From Eledone cirrhosa (taxonomy: Eukaryota): a stretch of 64,000 nt of DNA. The translations under genes were made by a program, and so were the position numbers. Below, in pieces: positions 50,369-64,000 of the stretch (position 1 is the stretch's first letter; each line of letters opens with the position of its first letter). Location of the stretch: positions 124,001 through 188,000 of the forward strand of contig CAXHJY010001117.1 of the NCBI GenBank assembly GCA_964016885.1. The letters are read 5' to 3'. Under the pieces are notes generated by a model that searched no databases, was not told where the DNA came from, and worked only from the letters and a program-made list of their open reading frames with translations.

Positions 50369-50846
50369 TAAATGATCGCATTCTATATGTAGGTGGGCCC
50401 CCTTCATCTCCTGGCAGCCAATATTTCTAGACCCTGTCCGCCACTGCCTAGTAGGGCTATCTTTTGTATGTCGTATATATTTCTAAGTCCTAGCGTACAC
50501 TATACAAAATATATACAGTCCCTAGCTCTGCTATCCTTTGTATGCTGTATATATTTGTAAGTTCTATGGATTTTCAAATTGGATTTTTACCCCGAAACTG
50601 GATATCAACCCGGAGTATACTGAACTTCCACCAGGAAATCTCTCGTATCACGGACATTTCCTTTATTCTATATAATATAGTTTAGGTAATTCGGAAGGAA
50701 AAGCAAAGGAAAAAGAGTGCTCTATGTATAGAACAGAGCTATTTAATTAGAAAGTGAACAACACAATATATAATTGATGACCGATCCAGACTGTGAACCA
50801 GAAACCTTTGGTAATGGAGTAGCTCTATTTTGTGTTGTTCACTTTC

Positions 50847-50886
<40 letters not shown>

Positions 50887-51104
50887 AGTAGTGCTATCTT
50901 TTATATGCTGTATACATTTGTAGGCCCTGGGGTTCACTATATAATAAATATACAGTACCTAGAGGTGCTATATTTGTAAGTCCTGGGGTTTTGTCTATGT
51001 ATTTTGTGGTTTCTTTATTATCAATCCTAGAGCACCTATTTGTTCAGGTATTGTTTCATATTGTTATATTAATTATACATATTATTCAAATAATTCGTCT
51101 TAAT

Positions 51105-51460
51105 CTCATTCATTCTCAGCCCCACACTCATCGACACAGTCGCATCAAATCCTCTGCCCCCTTCACTGTGTTTGTCACCAGAACTATGTCGTCGGCAAAT
51201 TCTGCATCCGATATGTTTTTCGACTTAACTCTCCTGTTCTGAGCCGGTGTTACAGTAAAGCCAGAGTCCTGGCGTTTCTCCAGCGCAAGGCGCATGCAAT
51301 AGTCCACTGAGGAAGACCGAAGTTAACGTATGTTGATGCCCTAAGGACAGACACTGGTCTCTTCGAGTCGCAAGAGATGGCAGCGATAGTGATGGACAGA
51401 GACCGCTGGAGAGAACTCGTCCACGGATCTCGTGAATGTGACCCGCCCTAGATGTAGATT
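51105..51460. mobile_element. RTE-clade LINE remnant with 5' inversion
   Basis: Minus 51308-51105: VDYCMRLAL...ISDAEFADDIVLVT...VGLRMNE; plus 51311-51451: GRPKLTYVDALRTDTG...MDRDRWRELV...*. Confidence 0.8.
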
Positions 51461-51870
51461 ATTTTGAATTATTATATTATATTATACTTTCTATTACTGT
51501 TTTCGTAAATATTGCTGTTATTGTTATTGCTGTTTTAGTTGTTTTATTATTGTTGTTGTGGTTGTTGTTGGCGTTTCTGTTGTGGTTATAACCCAATTTA
51601 AGTTCCACTGAGTAATATTGATTTAAGACTTATCATTCTTCTTTCAGATAAAGCAGAGTCAGCTGAAATGTTTTCCTTTTTCTTTTTCTGCCTGGAGAAG
51701 ATGGGATGATGGGAAGATGGTGGAAGTTGTAACGTCTTTTAATGAATAACAGACAGCGTTGCTATATGTAGACTTGTCAAAAAACATATATATGTATGTA
51801 TATATATATATATATGTATGTATATATATATATACATATATATGTATGTGTGTGTGTAAAGATATATATG

Positions 51871-51903
<33 letters not shown>

Positions 51904-52059
51904 TGTATACATATATGCATATATTGTAATATATATCTATATATATAATATATATAATTATATATGTATATATATATATAAATATACATATATATTTGTC
52001 TATACACATATGTATATATCTGTAGGTATATCTATATATATACATACATACAGACATAT

Positions 52060-52568
52060 ATATATATATATGGTATCTATACATTATATATATATATATA
52101 TATATGGTATCTATACATTATATATATATATATATATATGGTATCTATACATTATAAATATATATATATATGGTATCTATACATTATAAATATATATATA
52201 TATGGTATCTATACATTATATATATATATATATATGGTATCTATACATTATATATATATATATATATGGTATCTATACATTATATATATATATATATATA
52301 TGGTATCTATACATTATATATATATATATATATATGGTATCTATACATTATATATATATATATATATATATGGTATCTATACATTATATATATATATATA
52401 TATATATATGGTATCTATACATTATATATATATATATATATATATATGGTATCTATACATTATATATATATATATATATATATATGGTATCTATACATTA
52501 TATATATATATATATATATATATGGTATCTATACATTATATATATATATATATATATGGTATCTATAC

Positions 52569-52600
<32 letters not shown>
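52060..52600. repeat. Minisatellite GGTATCTATACATTA(TA)n
   Basis: Direct reading. Confidence 0.95.
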
Positions 52601-52606
<6 letters not shown>

Positions 52607-52957
52607 TATATATAAATATATATATATATATATGCATATATATATATACATATATGCATATATATATATATATACATATGCAGTAGAAATATGTTAGAAA
52701 GGTGACTGAACATATGTCATTGTTAATCAATGTATGTCTGCATCTTGTCTTATCTCAAATGCAGCTTTAATTCGCCGGGGTGTATAGTGTGTATATAATA
52801 TAAATGTATATATATATATATATATATCTATATATGTGTATATATGTGCGTGAATTTCTGCATGTGCATATGTGTGTTTGTATATATGTACACATGTATC
52901 CATCTATATATGTATGAATGAATGTATGTATGTATATATATATACACACACACACGC

Positions 52958-52992
<35 letters not shown>

Positions 52993-53003
52993 TATATACA
53001 TAC

Positions 53004-53035
<32 letters not shown>

Positions 53036-53206
53036 GTAGCTTTCCATGTTAAAAGTTTCGAAGATTTTGAACTGACAGTTTTTGCTGCCATAATTAACAA
53101 AAATTCGTGAGTACATATGGAAAAGTTGAGAAGCATAAGATAGAACTCAGACAAAAGAAAGTACATCAGTAATGCACTTCGAAAATCTTAGAAAGTAGTC
53201 GATCTC

Positions 53207-53265
<59 letters not shown>

Positions 53266-53422
53266 TTTACGTATCGAGAAAGAGGAAAAAAAGGGGGGAT
53301 AGGTGATACATATAGTTATTTGCCAAGTAGCGTATGCCAAAGGTGCTCGATACTAGTGCCGGCAGTATTGAATATTCGAAGTGTTAATATTTAGTGGGCT
53401 AGAGAGTTAGCAGAGCGTAAGC

Positions 53423-53535
53423 ACGTGGGAAAGTACAAAAAATCAGAGAAGCCCAACTGGGCGAAACGTACGTAGGTGCTGTTTTAAATAAACATGTTTT
53501 AACAGTCTATTCTCCAATTTTTTACTTTCCCACGT
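53423..53535 (+). mobile_element. Fold-back fragment retaining the 3' half of a hammerhead
   Basis: Arms ACGTGGGAAAGTA / TACTTTCCCACGT; inside GCCC-AACT-GGGC GAAA CGTACG TA, then AATAAA. Confidence 0.55.
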
Positions 53536-53893
53536 ATATATATATATATATATGTAGAGATATTAATATTAGGTTGTGACATACATTCCCACCGTTGTTA
53601 CAACACGTCCTATTAAGAGAAACGGCGGGAACCTATGTTACAAGCCAATATATACAGAGTGACATATACTCCTTATCATATATATGGATTCTAGAAGTAC
53701 GCAAGCGAAACCACCCGCGTGTCTTCGTTATAATGTATAGGTCGGCATCGTAAATATACGTATACATATATACATACATATACATATACATATACACATA
53801 CATATATATATATACACATACATATATATATACATATACATATACATACATACATATATGTTTATATACATATATATATATATATATTTATAA

Positions 53894-53930
<37 letters not shown>

Positions 53931-53957
53931 TATGTCGTAAATATACGTGGGCATACG

Positions 53958-53988
<31 letters not shown>

Positions 53989-54024
53989 ATACATATATAT
54001 GTCGTAAATATATGTGGGCATACG

Positions 54025-54067
<43 letters not shown>

Positions 54068-54679
54068 ATATATCTAAATGATTATTACATATGTATGTTA
54101 TATATATATATAACATATTACATATGTATGTTATATATATATATAAATGTTATACGTATTTCGAATACGTCAGGGTGTTGCACGTCGGACATGCTCCTCC
54201 ATAGACATCTTGAGACTATAAGCTCAACCAACTTTAATTAATTGAATAATATATATGTATTCATGCATTCATATTCTATTTTCCACAGCCGGTAACAAAA
54301 TAATCCAAAATAACAATGTATAAATATATTTTCGATTTATAACTGCTGACAGATTGTATAAGGATTAGCACAGACAGCACAATTTTGCTCCAGGGTGGCC
54401 GTGAGCGACGTTGCCTGAACCACTATGAAAAATATCTCAATTATAAATATATAAACATGTTTGTTAGCTTTTAATGCTGACAGATTACATCTAGAATAAC
54501 TGAGAGGGCGCCACTTTATTTTAACATTTGCTCCAAAATATCTGCAGGCAATTTTCAAAGACCTTGTAAAAATATTAAAATTATATAGATTGTTGCTAGC
54601 TGTAACGATTGACAGATTGTATATAGAGTAAAAGAGAGAGGGAGAGAGAGGACACCACTGTAATTTTACTTTGTATAAG

Positions 54680-54995
54680 GTTTTTATAACGTATAAATAT
54701 ATTTTTTATAACGTATAAATATACTTTTTATAACGTATAAATATACTTTTTATAACGTATAAATATACTTTTTATAACGTATAAATATACTTGTTATAAT
54801 ATATAAATATATTTTTTATAATATATAAATATATTTTTTATAATATATAAATATATTTTTTATAATCTATAAATATATATTTTTATAATGTATATATATA
54901 TTTTTTATAATGTATAAATATATTTTTTATAATGTATAAATATATTTTTTGAAATGTATAAATATATTTTTAATAATGTATAAATATATTTTTTT
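54680..54995. repeat. AT-rich ~22-bp minisatellite TTTTTATAACGTATAAATATAC
   Basis: Direct reading. Confidence 0.9.
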
Positions 54996-56248
54996 AGTGC
55001 AGTCGTCCCTAAATTTCAACATCAGACAAAGTGTTGCTCCAGTATGGACACATGGTTATAGACAGAACCAGTAAAGCAAAACAAATATTAGAAACATATA
55101 AAGATGTTTGTTGGCTGTAACTACTGAGACGATGTATCTGGAATGCCAGAGGCGATATTATGTGAATATTTATTCAAGAATTCTAACGCCTTATTTACAC
55201 TCCAGTTCATATGCGTTATTTTCATGTGTTTATCTTCCATTGCCGGGTGATTGTGTTGGAATTAAAAAACAACAAACCTTTTGACATAAAACGTAATGTT
55301 GAACTACAATATTGTCTAATATTATTCTTGACAGCGTCGGTAGAGCGACGGACGACATACCTTGCGGCTGCATACGATATACTGTTACGCATTTTTACAT
55401 TCTGAGATCAAAATTCAAAACCTTCTACCCTTGAAATTGTTGGATTTGCACCTACATCACTGAATCTTTTAAATATATATATATATATATACATACATAT
55501 ATATATACATACATACATATATATATATATATACATACATATATATATATATACACATACATATATATATATATACACATACATATATATATATATACAC
55601 ATACATATATATATATATACATACATATATATATATATACATACATATATATATATATACATACATATATATATATATACATACATACATACATATATAC
55701 ATACATACATACATATATATATATACATACATATATATATATACATACATATATATATATACATACATATATATATATACATACATACATATATATATAT
55801 ACATATATATATATACATACATACATATATATATATACATACATACATATACATACATACATATATATATATACATACATATATATATATACATACATAT
55901 ATATATATATACATACATATATATATATATACATACATATATATATATATACATACATACATACATATATACATACATACATACATATATATATATACAT
56001 ACATATATATACATATATATATATATACATATATATATACATACATATATATATACATATATATATACATACATATATATATATATATACATACATATAT
56101 ATATACATACATATATATATACATACATATATATACATATATATATATATACATATATATATATACATACATATATATATATATATACATACATACATAT
56201 ATACATACATACATATATATATATATATACATACATATATATATATAC

Positions 56249-56295
<47 letters not shown>

Positions 56296-56332
56296 CATAT
56301 ATATATATACATATATATACATATATATATAT

Positions 56333-56363
<31 letters not shown>

Positions 56364-56388
56364 CATATATATACATATATATATATAC

Positions 56389-56435
<47 letters not shown>

Positions 56436-56448
56436 CATATATATATAT

Positions 56449-56479
<31 letters not shown>

Positions 56480-56516
56480 CATACATATATATACATATAT
56501 ATATATATATACATAC

Positions 56517-57227
56517 TGGAATAAATGCTCTGAAATAGCGATATATATGTGAATATAGACACAGAATATTCGAAAATATTCTGTATGTTTATAATAAACA
56601 TTTTGAAGACCTAATCGCTATAGAATAGAATACGTCACGTATTACAATTAGATTCTCGATAAAAGCAAGGGAAGTAAGTCTACGCGTTTCATTCTTGTTA
56701 GAATTCATCAGGACTACATATCCAGTGCTTTTATCGAGAATGACACAGCTAGAGACTTATAGAATACTTAGCTGTGTACAGGAACTGGTTTGAAAGAGCG
56801 GTTGCCGGTCCGGCAGAAATTAGAAATTGGAATAAATGCTCTGAAATAGCGATATATATGTGAATATAGACACAGAATATTCGAAAATATTCTGTATGTT
56901 TATAATAAACATTTTGAAGACCTAATCGCTATAGAATAGAATACGTCACGTATTACAATTAGATTCTCGATAAAAGCAAGGGAAGTAAGTCTACGCGTTT
57001 CATTCTTGTTAGAATTCATCAGGACTACATATCCAGTGCTTTTATCGAGAATGACACAGCTAGAGACTTATAGAATACTTAGCTGTGTACAGGAACTGGT
57101 TTGAAAGAGCGGTTGCCGGTCCGGCAGAAATTAGAAATTGGAATAAATGCTCTGAAATAGCGATATATATGTGAATATAGACACAGAATATTCGAAAATA
57201 TTCTGTATGTTTATAATAAACATTTTG
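56517..57227 (-). mobile_element. Retrozyme-like array, inverted block (~2.3 x 311 bp, 2 hammerheads)
   Basis: Reverse complement of the units at 57228-59667; TCATCAG at 56705-56711 and 57016-57022. Confidence 0.9.
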
Positions 57228-59667
57228 CCGGCAACCGCTCTTTCAAACCAGTTCCTGTACACAGCTAAGTATTCTATAAGTCTCTAGCTGTGTCATTCTC
57301 GATAAAAGCACTGGATATGTAGTCCTGATGAATTCTAACAAGAATGAAACGCGTAGACTTACTTCCCTTGCTTTTATCGAGAATCTAATTGTAATACGTG
57401 ACGTATTCTATTCTATAGCGATTAGGTCTTCAAAATGTTTATTATAAACATACAGAATATTTTCGAATATTCTGTGTCTATATTCACATATATATCGCTA
57501 TTTCAGAGCATTTATTCCAATTTCTAATTTCTGCCGGACCGGCAACCGCTCTTTCAAACCAGTTCCTGTACACAGCTAAGTATTCTATAAGTCTCTAGCT
57601 GTGTCATTCTCGATAAAAGCACTGGATATGTAGTCCTGATGAATTCTAACAAGAATGAAACGCGTAGACTTACTTCCCTTGCTTTTATCGAGAATCTAAT
57701 TGTAATACGTGACGTATTCTATTCTATAGCGATTAGGTCTTCAAAATGTTTATTATAAACATACAGAATATTTTCGAATATTCTGTGTCTATATTCACAT
57801 ATATATCGCTATTTCAGAGCATTTATTCCAATTTCTAATTTCTGCCGGACCGGCAACCGCTCTTTCAAACCAGTTCCTGTACACAGCTAAGTATTCTATA
57901 AGTCTCTAGCTGTGTCATTCTCGATAAAAGCACTGGATATGTAGTCCTGATGAATTCTAACAAGAATGAAACGCGTAGACTTACTTCCCTTGCTTTTATC
58001 GAGAATCTAATTGTAATACGTGACGTATTCTATTCTATAGCGATTAGGTCTTCAAAATGTTTATTATAAACATACAGAATATTTTCGAATATTCTGTGTC
58101 TATATTCACATATATATCGCTATTTCAGAGCATTTATTCCAATTTCTAATTTCTGCCGGACCGGCAACCGCTCTTTCAAACCAGTTCCTGTACACAGCTA
58201 AGTATTCTATAAGTCTCTAGCTGTGTCATTCTCGATAAAAGCACTGGATATGTAGTCCTGATGAATTCTAACAAGAATGAAACGCGTAGACTTACTTCCC
58301 TTGCTTTTATCGAGAATCTAATTGTAATACGTGACGTATTCTATTCTATAGCGATTAGGTCTTCAAAATGTTTATTATAAACATACAGAATATTTTCGAA
58401 TATTCTGTGTCTATATTCACATATATATCGCTATTTCAGAGCATTTATTCCAATTTCTAATTTCTGCCGGACCGGCAACCGCTCTTTCAAACCAGTTCCT
58501 GTACACAGCTAAGTATTCTATAAGTCTCTAGCTGTGTCATTCTCGATAAAAGCACTGGATATGTAGTCCTGATGAATTCTAACAAGAATGAAACGCGTAG
58601 ACTTACTTCCCTTGCTTTTATCGAGAATCTAATTGTAATACGTGACGTATTCTATTCTATAGCGATTAGGTCTTCAAAATGTTTATTATAAACATACAGA
58701 ATATTTTCGAATATTCTGTGTCTATATTCACATATATATCGCTATTTCAGAGCATTTATTCCAATTTCTAATTTCTGCCGGACCGGCAACCGCTCTTTCA
58801 AACCAGTTCCTGTACACAGCTAAGTATTCTATAAGTCTCTAGCTGTGTCATTCTCGATAAAAGCACTGGATATGTAGTCCTGATGAATTCTAACAAGAAT
58901 GAAACGCGTAGACTTACTTCCCTTGCTTTTATCGAGAATCTAATTGTAATACGTGACGTATTCTATTCTATAGCGATTAGGTCTTCAAAATGTTTATTAT
59001 AAACATACAGAATATTTTCGAATATTCTGTGTCTATATTCACATATATATCGCTATTTCAGAGCATTTATTCCAATTTCTAATTTCTGCCGGACCGGCAA
59101 CCGCTCTTTCAAACCAGTTCCTGTACACAGCTAAGTATTCTATAAGTCTCTAGCTGTGTCATTCTCGATAAAAGCACTGGATATGTAGTCCTGATGAATT
59201 CTAACAAGAATGAAACGCGTAGACTTACTTCCCTTGCTTTTATCGAGAATCTAATTGTAATACGTGACGTATTCTATTCTATAGCGATTAGGTCTTCAAA
59301 ATGTTTATTATAAACATACAGAATATTTTCGAATATTCTGTGTCTATATTCACATATATATCGCTATTTCAGAGCATTTATTCCAATTTCTAATTTCTGC
59401 CGGACCGGCAACCGCTCTTTCAAACCAGTTCCTGTACACAGCTAAGTATTCTATAAGTCTCTAGCTGTGTCATTCTCGATAAAAGCACTGGATATGTAGT
59501 CCTGATGAATTCTAACAAGAATGAAACGCGTAGACTTACTTCCCTTGCTTTTATCGAGAATCTAATTGTAATACGTGACGTATTCTATTCTATAGCGATT
59601 AGGTCTTCAAAATGTTTATTATAAACATACAGAATATTTTCGAATATTCTGTGTCTATATTCACATA
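57228..59667 (+). mobile_element. Retrozyme-like tandem array (~7.8 x 311 bp, 8 type I hammerheads)
   Basis: Period 311 (GGCAACCGCT at 57230, 57541, 57852...59407); CTGATGA at 57325, 57636, 57947, 58258, 58569, 58880, 59191, 59502. Confidence 0.92.
57319..57362 (+). ncRNA. Minimal type I hammerhead ribozyme (representative copy)
   Basis: GTAGTC CTGATGA ATTCT-AACA-AGAAT GAAA CGCG TA GACTTAC; GUA cleavage predicted after 57355. Confidence 0.9.
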
Positions 59668-61382
<1,715 letters not shown>

Positions 61383-61474
61383 GATGGCTGCCCCCTCGTT
61401 ATCGAGTATGGCCATTGCACAATAAAAAAAAAAAAAAATAAATAAAATAAAACAAAACAAAACAAAAAAAAAAA

Positions 61475-61550
<76 letters not shown>

Positions 61551-61629
61551 GCAATAATAATAATAACGACAATAACAATAATAATATACATATTCATATA
61601 TATATACACACACACGCACGCACATAAGC

Positions 61630-61671
<42 letters not shown>

Positions 61672-63746
61672 GATAGCAACTAACAGTGCTGCGATCGAAT
61701 GTGGCTTTTTAGCCCAGCCAATGATCCAAAATGTCTTGCACAGAGTCGGCAACCAAAACATTTACTGGGAATAGTCGGCTGTGGTTGGAGTTCGTGTACT
61801 TTTGCATGTCGCTTGAGTCCTCCTGCTGATTTACATTCTCTACCACATGTTTGGCAAGCATGATGAGTAGCATCTCCAACAGCAGCCTGGTAGTCAACCA
61901 CTGGTCTTACTTTATGACTGCGAAGATGACTTTCGAGTCCAGCTTTGCTTAGGCAGAGTCTCGCACAGACGCTGCATGTCAGAAACATAGGAGGACCCTC
62001 GCCGTCTGGAAGTGCAACAGCAATACCCTTCCTCACGTCCCGCTTTACTTTCTCGTGTGCGATTCGAGATGCCTCAAAGGCAACTTTTCCCTCATATACA
62101 GTCTTTCTCCATTTATTACGATCAGCAGCAATATTTTCCCATGTATCAGCAGAGATGTTAGCGTCTTTCAGAGAGGCCTTCAAGGAATCCTTATACCTCT
62201 TTTTTGGTTTATGTGGCGGTCGTTTTCCTTTAACCAACTCTCCATAGAAGAGTTGTTTTGGTATTCTAGAATCCTTCATCCTGGCAAGGTGACCACTCCA
62301 ACGGAGTCGCTGCTTAAGCACAAGAGCTTCTATACTGTCACACATAGAGCTTTCCAAAATCTCGACATCACTGATGTGGTCCCTCCAGTGAACGCCATGT
62401 ATCCGTCTGAGACACATCTGATGGAAACGCTCCAATTGCTCAAGGTGGCGTCGATATGTGACCCAGGTCTCGCAGGCATAAAGAAGACAAGAGAGTACAC
62501 ATGCCCTGTACACCTTTACCTTTGTCCTCCTGCATATGTCTCGCCGACCCCAGAGTCGCCTTTCTAGCTTTCCGAAAGCATCACTTGCTTTCCTAATCCT
62601 AAGTGAGATTTCACTGTCAAGGTTGCCGTATCGATTGACAGTGCTTCCCAGGTAGACAAACTGATCAACCACTCCAAGTCGTTTGCCATACACATAGATG
62701 TTTGGTTCAGTGTACTGCCTACCAGGTGCAGGTTGGTACATGACGACGGTTTTCTTGAGACTGACAGTCAAACCCAGGGCAGTGCAAGCGTCAGAAAATA
62801 CATTCAAAATGTGCTGCATATCACTCTCTGTGTGCGCTACAAGATCGCAATCATCTGCATACAAGAGGTCTCTTATGACTGATGTAAATACTTTTGTCTT
62901 CGCAGCAAAGCGCCTGATGTTAAATATGCTGCCTGAGGTTCGATATCGGATGTAAACACCATGCTCGCAATTCCTGAATGCAACACAGAAAACCATTGCA
63001 AAGTATATGGCAAACAGGGTCGGTGCTGGAATATCCCCCTGTTTCACTCCATTTTTTACTGAGATAGGCTCCGACATGTTACCTCCGACATTAACCCAAG
63101 CCTTCATGTCGTCATGGAAAGACCTAACTAAAGCAAGGAACTTATCAGGGCAACCAAGTTTCTGGAGAACCTTCCATAATGCATCTCTGTTGACAGTATC
63201 GAAAGCCTTTGTCAGATCGACAAAAACCTGATACAGATCCAAGCCCTGTTCAATGCACTTCTCCTGGAGCTGTCTAGCTGAGAAGATCATATCAGTAGTG
63301 CCGCGTCCAACACGAAAACCAGATTGACTTTCAGGAAGGACACAATCTGCAATGTGTGTCAGCAGACGGTCCAGAAGTACCCTACATAAAACTTTCCCCA
63401 CGACAGAAAGCAATGATATACCTCTGTAGTTCCCGCAATCATTCCTGTTACCCTTTCCCTTGTACAAGACCACCATTACTGCATCTCTCCAGTCCTCAGG
63501 CACGGATTCATTAGCCCATATCCCTCCAAACAGAGAGTGAAGATGTTGCAGGAGTCTCTCACCACCATATTGTAGGAGCTCAGCATGTATGCCATCCATA
63601 CCTGGAGATCTTCCACTGTTCAGCTTCGAAATAGCCACTGCAACCTCCACAAGTGTCGGAGGCTCTGCGAGAGCTACTTTCACAGGACTTTCCGGAATGA
63701 GATTGAGGAAATCTTCACTGACGACAGACGGCTGATTCAAAAGATC
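61383..63746 (-). mobile_element. 5'-truncated RTE-clade (BovB-like) LINE
   Basis: Open RT frame, 3' UTR with embedded microsatellites, 3' end CTCGATAACGAGGGGGCAGCCATC; no APE endonuclease present. Confidence 0.92.
61680..63746 (-). CDS. RTE reverse transcriptase (partial) with three C-terminal C2H2 zinc fingers
   Basis: NYRGISLL, ESQSGFR, FVDLTKAFDTV, GVKQG, LLYADD, FVYLGS, RLRWSGH; the ATG at 63752 comes from flanking microsatellite. Confidence 0.92.
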   Translation of the reverse strand, partial: DLLNQPSVVSEDFLNLIPESPVKVALAEPPTLVEVAVAISKLNSGRSPGMDGIHAELLQYGGERLLQHLHSLFGGIWANESVPEDWRDAVMVVLYKGKGNRNDCGNYRGISLLSVVGKVLCRVLLDRLLTHIADCVLPESQSGFRVGRGTTDMIFSARQLQEKCIEQGLDLYQVFVDLTKAFDTVNRDALWKVLQKLGCPDKFLALVRSFHDDMKAWVNVGGNMSEPISVKNGVKQGDIPAPTLFAIYFAMVFCVAFRNCEHGVYIRYRTSGSIFNIRRFAAKTKVFTSVIRDLLYADDCDLVAHTESDMQHILNVFSDACTALGLTVSLKKTVVMYQPAPGRQYTEPNIYVYGKRLGVVDQFVYLGSTVNRYGNLDSEISLRIRKASDAFGKLERRLWGRRDICRRTKVKVYRACVLSCLLYACETWVTYRRHLEQLERFHQMCLRRIHGVHWRDHISDVEILESSMCDSIEALVLKQRLRWSGHLARMKDSRIPKQLFYGELVKGKRPPHKPKKRYKDSLKASLKDANISADTWENIAADRNKWRKTVYEGKVAFEASRIAHEKVKRDVRKGIAVALPDGEGPPMFLTCSVCARLCLSKAGLESHLRSHKVRPVVDYQAAVGDATHHACQTCGRECKSAGGLKRHAKVHELQPQPTIPSKCFGCRLCARHFGSLAGLKSHIRSQHC

Positions 63747-63795
63747 ATACATACATATATATATATATACCTACATATATATACATACATACATA

Positions 63796-63853
<58 letters not shown>

Positions 63854-64000
63854 CATATATATGTTTTTGAGTGCTTGTGTGTATATTTGTAGGTGTATGT
63901 ATATCTGGATGAGTGTGTGTCTGTTTCTCTGTTTCTATATGTGAATGCGTGTGTCTTTGTTTCTGTGTGTGTGTGTGTGTGTGTCTCGCTCTCTCTTTCA

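Noticed and set aside
56517-56830. Second ribozyme on the antisense strand of the 311-bp unit (ambisense viroid-like)
   Set aside because: Only CTGAAAT and TTGAAGA seen, with no complete hammerhead core; other ribozyme classes not recognisable by eye
56517-59667. CRISPR array, or protein-coding repeat
   Set aside because: No unique spacers, units are identical, no ORF, no cas genes, eukaryotic context
61945-63231. Plus-strand ORFs over the RTE (and over fem-1)
   Set aside because: Antisense shadows of real coding frames

Overview
Eukaryotic, extremely microsatellite-rich (TA/CA/TATAC) animal DNA; the repeat style suggests an octopus/cephalopod (inference). Almost all ORFs in the supplied track are microsatellite artefacts. 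Real coding content is two tandem minus-strand FEM-1-like large exons (ankyrin/TPR/VHL-box), a 5'-truncated but open RTE-clade LINE with three C-terminal C2H2 fingers, and fragments of CR1/L2-like, CRE and RTE retrotransposons. SINEs and Helitron-like ends are also present. The main find is a ~3.15 kb array at 56517-59667 of apparently identical 311-bp units. Each unit carries a complete minimal type I hammerhead ribozyme in a highly self-complementary monomer, and the units form two divergent blocks. This is the signature of a non-LTR retrozyme (small circular RNA retroelement). Several further solitary or degenerate hammerheads and fold-back (Penelope-like) modules sit in TA microsatellites across the window.
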